Part shown: one piece after another, positions 56,603 to 64,000 of the stretch
Layout of the letters: each line of letters begins with the position of its first letter
Numbering within the stretch: the stretch's first letter is position 1
From: a virus
Strand: one strand, 5' to 3'
Virus record (IMG/VR): IMGVR_UViG_3300045988_118131
Length of the DNA stretch: 64,000 bases
The notes under the pieces: model-generated
Told to the model about the DNA's origin: nothing
Database searches by the model: none
The model's input: the letters and a program-made list of their open reading frames with translations, nothing else
Translations under genes and position numbers: made by a program

Positions 56603-58609
56603 ATGCTATTCAAAGAATTTAAAGATAAAGTAGACAACAGTTTTCAACAAATGTGTAAAGGTCAATCTAATCTATTCAGAGCAAAAGTTGATAAAGACTT
56701 GCTTTGGAATACTTATTTGGAATCATTTCCAGAAGAGGAGAGACAAGAACATAATTGTAATTGTTGTAGACAATTTATTAAGAATTGGGGCAATGTAGTA
56801 GCTATTAAAAACAATAAAGTTATAACTTTTTGGGATATAGAGTGCGAAGAACCCTATAATACTGTAGCTGCTAATCTCAAAAAATTAATTCTAGCTCATC
56901 CAGTTACCGACTTGTTAGTTCAAACTTTCCCTAAATTGGGAACAGACAAGAATACTTTTTTACGTGCTGATGGTACTGTTGGAGTCTGGAATCATCTTTT
57001 TACAGTGCTACCTGAGAAATTCATATATAGAGGAAGCTCTAGCGAGGATACTGTAATGTCAGATTTTAGATCAACTTATGAAGTATTTACACGTTCATTG
57101 AATACGATAACTCCTGATGCAGTAGCTGTTGTTCTAGAGTTGATTGAACAAAACTCGCTATACAGAGGTTTAGAATTTAAGAAAGTAGTTGAAGAGTTTC
57201 AAACTTTGCAAAATAAATACAATAAACTTCCTCAAAATGAGAAAAATGCTTACATTATTTCTCACGTTAAAAATTCTGGAGTCGTAGCTAGAATCCGAAA
57301 TTCTGCAATTGGAACTCTTCTTGTTGACCTATCTGAGGGAGTTGACTTAGATACAGCTGTAACTAAATTTGAGAAAGTAGTTGCCCCTACTAATTATAAG
57401 AGACCTACATCAGTTGTAACTAAATCAATGATTGAAGCTGCTCAGAAAAAAGTTAAGGAATTAGGTATTGAGAAATCTCTTAGCAGAGATTATGCAAAAC
57501 TTGATGATATTACCGTAAATAACGTTCTGTTTGTAAACAGAGACTTATCTGAACAAGTAGGAATCTTTGACAAACTTAAAGAAAACATAGTGATTAATCC
57601 TAAGAAGTTTTCTAAAGTTGAAGAAATTGGAATTGAAGATTTCATTAGCAAAGTTCTTCCTACTGCAAAAAGTGTTCAAGTATTAGTAGAACAGAAGCAT
57701 GAGCCTAATTTAGTTACCTTAACTAAGTCCAAATATGAGGACGCTCCCAATATCTTTAAATGGAATAATAACTTTGCTTGGGCATATAACGGAAACTTAG
57801 CTGATTCAATAAAAGAAAAGGTTAAGAAGGCAGGAGGTAACGTTAACGGAGTATTGAGATGTTCGTTGCATTGGTTTAATTATGATGATTTAGACATTCA
57901 TGTTGTAGAGCCGCATGGAGCTCATATATACTATAGTGACAAATATTCCAATTCGTCAGGAATGCTGGATGTAGATATGAATGCCGGAAGTAAAAGAGAG
58001 TCTAGGGATGCTGTAGAGAATATTGTTTGGACTGATTCAAACAAGATGGCTGAAGGAGTTTATACACTGTACATTAATAACTTCTATAAGAAAGAGTGGA
58101 CTGACGAAGGATTTGAATGTGAAATAGAATGTAATGGAGAGTTGCATAAATTTTCATATGAAAGACCTGTTAGAGATAAAGAAAACGTTAAAGTATGCAC
58201 TTTTAAATGGAGTAGAAAGCTAGGAATTACAGAAATAGCTGCATCCATTCCAGAAGCAAGCACTAATATTTCTAAAGAAATCTGGGGAATTAATACTAAT
58301 AAATTCCAGAAAGTCTCCATGATAATGTTATCGCCTAACTATTGGGATGATCAGTCAATTGGTAACAAGCACTATTTCTTCATGTTGGAAGGATGTAGAA
58401 GTTCCGAAAAAACTAGAGGGTTCTTTAATGAATATTTAAAGGAATCTCTAAATGAGCATAGAAAAGTGTTTGAAATTTTAGGAAACAATTTATTGCTTCC
58501 AACCTCACTAGAGCAACTGAGCGGATTAGGGTTTTCTTCAACAGTAAGAAATGAACTAATTTGTAAGGTAGAAGGCTCATTTGAAAGAATTATTAAAGTT
58601 AAATTTTAA
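56603..58609 (+). CDS. Large hypothetical protein, partner of the AAA+ ATPase
   Basis: 668-aa ORF 20 nt downstream of the ATPase gene. CNCC motif near the N-terminus. DDLDIHVVEP..GMLDVDMN segment. Confidence 0.6.
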   Translation: MLFKEFKDKVDNSFQQMCKGQSNLFRAKVDKDLLWNTYLESFPEEERQEHNCNCCRQFIKNWGNVVAIKNNKVITFWDIECEEPYNTVAANLKKLILAHPVTDLLVQTFPKLGTDKNTFLRADGTVGVWNHLFTVLPEKFIYRGSSSEDTVMSDFRSTYEVFTRSLNTITPDAVAVVLELIEQNSLYRGLEFKKVVEEFQTLQNKYNKLPQNEKNAYIISHVKNSGVVARIRNSAIGTLLVDLSEGVDLDTAVTKFEKVVAPTNYKRPTSVVTKSMIEAAQKKVKELGIEKSLSRDYAKLDDITVNNVLFVNRDLSEQVGIFDKLKENIVINPKKFSKVEEIGIEDFISKVLPTAKSVQVLVEQKHEPNLVTLTKSKYEDAPNIFKWNNNFAWAYNGNLADSIKEKVKKAGGNVNGVLRCSLHWFNYDDLDIHVVEPHGAHIYYSDKYSNSSGMLDVDMNAGSKRESRDAVENIVWTDSNKMAEGVYTLYINNFYKKEWTDEGFECEIECNGELHKFSYERPVRDKENVKVCTFKWSRKLGITEIAASIPEASTNISKEIWGINTNKFQKVSMIMLSPNYWDDQSIGNKHYFFMLEGCRSSEKTRGFFNEYLKESLNEHRKVFEILGNNLLLPTSLEQLSGLGFSSTVRNELICKVEGSFERIIKVKF

Positions 58610-58621
58610 AACAGTAAGAAT

Positions 58622-59005
58622 ATGAATAATTTTGAAAAGGCAACAAGACTTAGACTTCGTTTTGAAACATCTCGTGGAAATCTTAATGTAGAGGATCTTT
58701 GGAGACTTCCACTTGCTGAACTAGATAAACTAGCTATTGCTCTTAACAAGCAATTGAAGGAATCTAGTGAAGAGAGTTTCATTAAAGCCAAATCGAAAGA
58801 TAATAAACTTCTGGAGTTACGTTTTGATATTGTTAAACATATCATTGAAACTCTTCTTTCCGAAGATGAAGAAAAGAAGAAAGCTGCGGATAAAAGGGCT
58901 AAGCGTGAACAGCTTCTAGAACTGATTGCTAAGAAGAAGAACCAGGAACTTGAGGGAAAGAGCTTGGAAGAGTTAGAAGCTGAGTTAACTAAACTGGAAG
59001 ATTAA
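58622..59005 (+). CDS. Coiled-coil hypothetical protein
   Basis: 127-aa ORF. Confidence 0.55.
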   Translation: MNNFEKATRLRLRFETSRGNLNVEDLWRLPLAELDKLAIALNKQLKESSEESFIKAKSKDNKLLELRFDIVKHIIETLLSEDEEKKKAADKRAKREQLLELIAKKKNQELEGKSLEELEAELTKLED

Positions 59006-59016
59006 CAATGCTCAAA

Positions 59017-59056
59017 GGTGGTAAAACTAAAGAGGGTTCGAATCCCTCTACCACTT
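59017..59056 (+). ncRNA. tRNA acceptor/T-arm minihelix-like element
   Basis: GGTGGTA/TACCACT 7-bp stem stacked on GAGGG-TTCGAAT-CCCTC, joined by an 8-nt linker. Confidence 0.3.
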
Positions 59057-59071
59057 CAAAATTTAGACAAT

Positions 59072-59362
59072 ATGGCGGAGATTAGTATTTCAATTGGAAT
59101 AGTTATAGCAGTTTTTATTCCTGTAATTATTGCAATATTGGTGGAAAAAAAGAAGATAAATAGTATAAGGGTAGGACAAGTATGGTTTACAGAAAAGCAT
59201 TTTAATCCATTTCTTAGACATAAAAGAAGAGTAAGGGTGAAGGGTATATTAGATGGTTGGGTAAAACTAGACGATCTAAGTTGCTTCGATGCTAATGGGC
59301 GTCCAGTTCGGATGTATTTAACTTGTTCTGATTTAATCACATTATATAGATTAGAAGAATGA
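59072..59362 (+). CDS. Membrane protein
   Basis: ATG inside track ORF 59018..59362. TM segment ISISIGIVIAVFIPVIIAILV. TGA stop in an ATGA overlap. Confidence 0.5.
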   Translation: MAEISISIGIVIAVFIPVIIAILVEKKKINSIRVGQVWFTEKHFNPFLRHKRRVRVKGILDGWVKLDDLSCFDANGRPVRMYLTCSDLITLYRLEE

Positions 59363-59559
59363 AAAAATATTTATTAATTTTAGGGTTAGCAGTGGGACTA
59401 AGCTCGTGTACTAAAGTAAATGACTCAAAACATGAAATAAATTATAAAGGTCACAACTATATAGTATTTGAACATGGGTGTGGACTGAGTCAAAATTATA
59501 GTATGAGTGTAGTACACGATCCAGACTGCCCTTGTCATAAAAGAGTTTTGAAAGAATGA
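59359..59559 (+). CDS. Lipoprotein
   Basis: Lipobox LAVGLSSC after the signal peptide. TGA stop in an ATGA overlap. Confidence 0.6.
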   Translation: MKKYLLILGLAVGLSSCTKVNDSKHEINYKGHNYIVFEHGCGLSQNYSMSVVHDPDCPCHKRVLKE

Positions 59560-59987
59560 AAAAATTTGTATTTATATTGATTTTTTGTTTATCTACTTTA
59601 TCGTTTTCACATGTAGAACCATCTAAAGAGATCTCTCCATTTATTGAGTCTTCTCCAACTTATGAAAGTGTCTATATGGTATGTAAGATGTATAATCTAG
59701 AGTGTCCAGAAATAGTGGTAGCTCAATCTGTATTAGAAACTGGTCATTATAAGTCTCAGCAGTGTTTGCAACATAATAACTTGTTTGGATTATATGATTC
59801 CAAGAATAAAAGATATTATAGATTTGACCACTGGACTCATTCGGTTTTAGCATATAAACAAAAAGTACAATATAGATACAAAGGAGGAGATTATTACGAA
59901 TTTTTAAGAAAAATTGGTTATGCAGAGGATTCGTTATATGTAGAAAAGGTTAAGTTAATTCAAAAAAGGTTAGAGAATGATATTTAA
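59556..59987 (+). CDS. Secreted glucosaminidase/muramidase-family protein
   Basis: Signal peptide plus VAQSVLETGHYKS..HNNLFGL (FlgJ-type glucosaminidase motif). Confidence 0.6.
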   Translation: MKKFVFILIFCLSTLSFSHVEPSKEISPFIESSPTYESVYMVCKMYNLECPEIVVAQSVLETGHYKSQQCLQHNNLFGLYDSKNKRYYRFDHWTHSVLAYKQKVQYRYKGGDYYEFLRKIGYAEDSLYVEKVKLIQKRLENDI

Positions 59988-60165
59988 GTTTTTATTACCA
60001 TTTTTAATGGTCATACTGTTTATTTATTATGTATGGCTGTTTCTTTCTATTACTGGAGTAGTGCCAAGAATTTCCAGTAGAGAATTTAAATTATACCGGA
60101 TTTTTATTCCGTTTTACTATTTAATCTTCGAATAACTATTTACAAAATTTTAAATTATTTTATTT

Positions 60166-61371
60166 ATGAGAAAAGGTTTAATGGCAATTATTGCAGTGTT
60201 AGTAGTAGCATTCTTGTGTATGATTCCTAAATTGGGAGAAGACATGGATAAGAAGCAAATTGGTGTAAATCAAATTCCTTTTACTGGAACCTTGGAATAC
60301 TGGACAAATGGAGGATTTCAGTTTCAGAAAATGGGAACTGTAACCATTTATGACAAGACTTCCCAAATTTGGTTTAATGAATTGATTCGGAAGGATGATG
60401 GCAATGTTACAGTTTCTCCGGAATTGGAAAATCCAGCTATGCCAATTACTTATAATGATAAGGGAAAAGGATTTGTATTAGGCTCAGTTCGAGTAGAAAT
60501 GCCATTGGAAGGTAAATATTTGGAACGTATTCAAACCCACTATGGCTCTCAAGAAAAACTTATTAGAGACTTAATTAAGCCTACCTTGAATAAAGTTATT
60601 ATTGCTTGCGGTCCTTTGATGTCGTCACTTGAATCTGTTAGCGAAAAGAGAACTGATTTGATTGCATTAATTACTGATCAGCTCAATGCAGGTGTATATA
60701 AAACACAAGTAAGAACTGTAGAAGTTTTGAATCCAATTACTAATGAAAAGCAGATTACTAAAATTGCAGAAGCTATTCCTGACAGTCTGTCTCCTAACGG
60801 AATCAAAAGACAGGAAGCCTCTCCGTTTGCTTTCTATGGTTTAAAAGTATCACAATTATCTATTAGTGATCTTGAATATGAAAATGCTACTTTAGCTCAA
60901 ATTTCAAAGCAAAGAGAAGCTGATATGTCTATTATTACAGCCAAATCTAAAGCCTTGGAAGCTATTCAGAGAACTATTCAAATTGAAGAAGAAGGTAAGG
61001 CTTCTGCAGCTCAAGCTAAATGGGAACAGGAAAAGATTAAGGCTGTAGAGGTAACGAAGGCACAGCAAGCATATGAAGTAGCCCAATTGCAAGCAAAAGA
61101 AGCTGCTGAAAAAGCTAAGAAAATTATCGAAGAAGGTAAAGCAGAAGCAGAAGCTAATCGCCTTAAAGTACAGGCTGGTTTGACTCCTCAAGAAGCAGCT
61201 GAATGGCAGTATAAGACTACTGTAGGTGTAGCAGAAGCTCTTAGTAAATCTAATGTACGTTGGGTTCCTGAAATCATGATGAATGGTAATAATTCTGGAA
61301 GCGGTAGTGCAATGGATGCAGTAGGCTTGAATATGTTGATGGATGTTGCTAAGAAAATGAAAAAAGAGTAA
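60166..61371 (+). CDS. SPFH/band-7 (prohibitin/flotillin-like) membrane protein
   Basis: N-terminal TM segment, SPFH-like core, and a long Ala/Glu/Lys coiled coil (..AKEAAEKAKKIIEEGKAEAEANRLK..). Confidence 0.55.
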   Translation: MRKGLMAIIAVLVVAFLCMIPKLGEDMDKKQIGVNQIPFTGTLEYWTNGGFQFQKMGTVTIYDKTSQIWFNELIRKDDGNVTVSPELENPAMPITYNDKGKGFVLGSVRVEMPLEGKYLERIQTHYGSQEKLIRDLIKPTLNKVIIACGPLMSSLESVSEKRTDLIALITDQLNAGVYKTQVRTVEVLNPITNEKQITKIAEAIPDSLSPNGIKRQEASPFAFYGLKVSQLSISDLEYENATLAQISKQREADMSIITAKSKALEAIQRTIQIEEEGKASAAQAKWEQEKIKAVEVTKAQQAYEVAQLQAKEAAEKAKKIIEEGKAEAEANRLKVQAGLTPQEAAEWQYKTTVGVAEALSKSNVRWVPEIMMNGNNSGSGSAMDAVGLNMLMDVAKKMKKE

Positions 61372-61484
61372 CAAGGGGCTAAATTAAACTCTCCAAACCA
61401 GAGCCCTTGAACCTAAATGTTAAGTATTACAAGGTAACAGACCACGAGGTAATTCTCTAGGAGTGCTGTTAGGGAGAGTGGATT

Positions 61485-61557
61485 TCTTAGGTAGCTTCAA
61501 TTGGTTAAAGCCCTGGATTTTACTAGGAGATTGTGGGTTCGAATCCCACCCTAAGAA
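61485..61557 (+). tRNA. tRNA-like gene with 6-nt anticodon loop (AUUUUA), isotype undetermined
   Basis: Acceptor TCTTAGG/CCTAAGA. D arm GCTT-CAATTGGTTA-AAGC. Stem CCTGG/CTAGG. T arm GTGGG-TTCGAAT-CCCAC. Confidence 0.4.
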
Positions 61558-61578
61558 CAAATAATTAAAAACAAAAAA

Positions 61579-61959
61579 ATGATTAATATTAATGTAGCAA
61601 AGGAGTTAGTTAAAATGTATGATAACTTAACTCTTGAAGATTTTGAACGAGAATGGTGTGATGGAATGTGTGGATCCAACATTCTTCAAACTTTTACAGG
61701 TTTCGGAAGTCCTAGAAAATGTCTATTGTGTAAAGAGGCTGAGGCATTAAGAGACAGGTTTGAAGAAGATATGTGTAATTATTGTATTTATGGCGAACAT
61801 TTTGGATGCGTAATAGCTCCATATTATTTAGCTATATGTGACTCTTGTTCTCCGGAAGAACTTTTAAAAGCTGTACGTAATAGAAGTAATTATATAAAAA
61901 CTCTTATAAAGGAGATAGAAGAAAATTCAAACAATGTAGCTAATGAATCAGAAAAGTAA
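61579..61959 (+). CDS. Cys-rich hypothetical protein
   Basis: 126-aa ORF. Confidence 0.55.
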   Translation: MININVAKELVKMYDNLTLEDFEREWCDGMCGSNILQTFTGFGSPRKCLLCKEAEALRDRFEEDMCNYCIYGEHFGCVIAPYYLAICDSCSPEELLKAVRNRSNYIKTLIKEIEENSNNVANESEK

Positions 61960-62154
61960 GATCTCTTCTAATAAGAAGAATTTAAAAAAGAAGTCAAAAA
62001 CAATTATCCCTCTTTACCAAGATCTTTTTGGAGAGGTTGACAGACAAATGATTCAAAACATATTGAGATAACACTAAAGTTAAATTTTTAAAACTTAACA
62101 AAGATGAAATTGCTAACATAGATGAAGAAATAGAAATTAAAAAAATAGCAAATT

Positions 62155-62451
62155 ATGACTATTGAGGGAGAGGATTTTATTCTAACTCCAATTAACGAAC
62201 ACTCTTTAGGATTTGATTTGGAGTTGTTACAGACTATTAATAAAGGGAAGGAAAACGAGAGAAAAGAATTTAAAAATGTGGCTTATGCTCTCCCTTTAGA
62301 TGTAGCTGTTAAGAAAATTATAGCATATCGAATCTCAAAGAAATCTGGAAATTCAGTTTTAAAACTGAAAGATTATATTAATCTATTTATAGAGGAAAGT
62401 GAAAAGTTAAGACATTTGTGTAATGGCAAAGAAACAAAGTCAGAAGATTAA
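62155..62451 (+). CDS. Hypothetical protein
   Basis: 98-aa ORF. Confidence 0.55.
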   Translation: MTIEGEDFILTPINEHSLGFDLELLQTINKGKENERKEFKNVAYALPLDVAVKKIIAYRISKKSGNSVLKLKDYINLFIEESEKLRHLCNGKETKSED

Positions 62452-62578
62452 AAAGGTTTACGAACCCAGAAAGGTGTTAATGTGTCCTAAGTGTAGAACT
62501 AAGACTATACACATGTTGTTTGATTACGACAAAGGTATCTACAAGTGTTTAATTTGTAACGCTGTACATTCGGTATGA
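62423..62578 (+). CDS. Zinc-ribbon small protein (51 aa)
   Basis: CPKC..(n)..CLIC. TGA stop in an ATGA overlap with 62575. Confidence 0.4.
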   Translation: MAKKQSQKIKKVYEPRKVLMCPKCRTKTIHMLFDYDKGIYKCLICNAVHSV

Positions 62579-62844
62579 TTTATACAATGATTTTTCTCTA
62601 TATCATTTCGAGCTTGTTTGTATTAGACTTAGGAATTGTTGTTTTAAAACAAATTAGACTAGAAAGTGAAGATCATAAAGCTTCTTTAGGAGTATTAATT
62701 GGTTTGATACTTACAACTATCATTCCAGTAGTTAATGCACTTTCTGCAACTATGGGAATAATGGTTATTTTAGTAGACTTAGAAGCTAGAGACGTTTATA
62801 TTAAACATAGCAAAATTGTACAATTTTTTAATATAAGAGTATGA
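62575..62844 (+). CDS. Membrane protein
   Basis: 89 aa, TM segments. TGA stop in an ATGA overlap. Confidence 0.55.
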   Translation: MIYTMIFLYIISSLFVLDLGIVVLKQIRLESEDHKASLGVLIGLILTTIIPVVNALSATMGIMVILVDLEARDVYIKHSKIVQFFNIRV

Positions 62845-63050
62845 AAAAAGAACAAACAAAAAAGACAGAAAACAAGAGAAAAGAACTATCTCCAGTAAAT
62901 GTACATAACCAAGAAGAAATGATAGCTTTGGGCATACATCCTAAATATAAAGTTCCTAGAGATCCAAGTGTATGGACAAAAACACCCCATGAAAAAGAAC
63001 TTGTCAAAGAATGCAGACATAGATACGGAAGAAGTATCAAAAAGTACTAA
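62841..63050 (+). CDS. Basic hypothetical protein
   Basis: 69-aa ORF. Confidence 0.5.
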   Translation: MKKEQTKKTENKRKELSPVNVHNQEEMIALGIHPKYKVPRDPSVWTKTPHEKELVKECRHRYGRSIKKY

Positions 63051-63221
63051 CGAGTTTTTTTACGAGGTAGCCTTATATAGAATATTTCCAGATAGGGTAG
63101 AATCTATGGGTGGAAAATTCTTTAAGACTACTTCACCATATAAAGGTGAAACTTGTATAGTTAGAAAACTTAACAAGGAAGTTAAGGTTATGAAAACAAT
63201 TAGTCAAATTTATATGTAATT

Positions 63222-63896
63222 ATGGAAGTATTGAAAAATGAGCAGGCAGCTCAAAATGAAATAAAATCTGGAGCAGAGAAAGTAGAATCTGTTATTGAAA
63301 GTTCTCCAACCAATAAAGCAGTTATATTTCCTCCTGAAAAGAAAGCTAGGAGAAAGTGTACATTAAGTGATGAAATGGTAAAGATGCTTATTTACCAAAT
63401 GGCTCATGAGCTTGAAAATCACAATATGTACAAAACATTTGCAGCTTATTTTTATCGTAACGATTTGTCTAAATTAGGTATTTATTATGATGAACGTGCT
63501 GCAGAAGAAAATGTACATCATCAGTGGATTTATAACTATCTAACCGAATGTGATGCTGAGTTCACGTATCCTCAAGTGCCGGCTATCAACTTGGATATTA
63601 CTGACCATGTAATGCCTTTCCGACTTACTGTGGATAAGGAAATTGAAACTACTTTGGGAATTAATCAAATAGTTAACAGGGCTGCAGAAGAAGGTGATTG
63701 GGCAACTTTTACATTCCTATTGGGAGACGATCCTAAAACTGGCAAACTGGTGCTAGAGCAGAGGGAGGAGGAATCTGTTTCAAGAACTATTCTTGGTATG
63801 GCAGAAATGGAAGGAAGCTGGCTAAGAAAACAAAACTCTATTTTGGAATTTTACAGAAATCCAGAATCTATTCAACCAGATAAAGACGAAGATTAA
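63222..63896 (+). CDS. Ferritin-like protein
   Basis: ..QMAHELENHNMYKTFAAYF..YYDERAAEENVHHQWIYNYL.. follows the ferritin di-iron helix pattern. Confidence 0.5.
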   Translation: MEVLKNEQAAQNEIKSGAEKVESVIESSPTNKAVIFPPEKKARRKCTLSDEMVKMLIYQMAHELENHNMYKTFAAYFYRNDLSKLGIYYDERAAEENVHHQWIYNYLTECDAEFTYPQVPAINLDITDHVMPFRLTVDKEIETTLGINQIVNRAAEEGDWATFTFLLGDDPKTGKLVLEQREEESVSRTILGMAEMEGSWLRKQNSILEFYRNPESIQPDKDED

Positions 63897-63919
63897 CAAT
63901 TAAAAAAAAATAATTTATT

Positions 63920-64000
63920 ATGAAAGTTCAATTTTTAACTCAGAAATTTACAGACTTTGCAGGTGTAGAACGTTCTTTTACTGTAGCAGCGGTTCCAGAA
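63920..64000 (+). CDS. Hypothetical protein, 5' part only (runs off right edge)
   Basis: ATG 63920; open to the end of the window. Confidence 0.4.
   Translation, partial: MKVQFLTQKFTDFAGVERSFTVAAVPE

Noticed and set aside
62968-63219. 83-aa track ORF overlapping the end of 62841..63050.
   Set aside because: It starts at a non-ATG codon inside the previous gene. Only a 37-aa ATG-initiated remnant would be independent, which is not enough evidence.
1-64000. CRISPR arrays, rRNA genes, an integrase/attP module, and a reverse transcriptase/DGR.
   Set aside because: I found no regularly spaced direct repeats, no rRNA-like conserved stretches, no tyrosine/serine recombinase motifs and no RT motifs in any listed ORF.

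Overview
AT-rich segment of a large tailed phage (Caudoviricetes). The host is probably Bacteroidota, judging from TAnnTTTG promoter boxes, an OmpA-like protein and a protein with a T9SS-type C-terminus. The window splits by genetic code. (1) Positions 1-31 kb hold the late module. On the minus strand: a battery of tail-fibre/receptor-binding genes, portal, large terminase and an exonuclease carrying an intein. On the plus strand at 25.7-29.6 kb: a lysis/virion block. These genes are full length only if TGA is read as Trp; I counted about 50 in-frame TGA. (2) Positions 33.5-64 kb (plus strand) hold early/middle genes in the standard code. Here TGA is a real stop, shown by seven ATGA stop/start overlaps. 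Interleaved with these genes are about 25 tRNA or tRNA-like genes, a 537-nt tmRNA, long self-complementary spacers, a palindromic repeat family and three copies of a T7/T3/K11-like promoter motif. (3) The junction (30.7-34.3 kb) carries a UCA (opal) suppressor tRNA with a long variable arm, a CUA (amber) suppressor tRNA, a type-II-bodied GUU tRNA, degraded homing-endonuclease genes and a small island with foreign composition. All RNA folds were done by eye. Coordinates of RNA features may be off by 1-2 nt, and isotypes of the non-canonical tRNAs are provisional.
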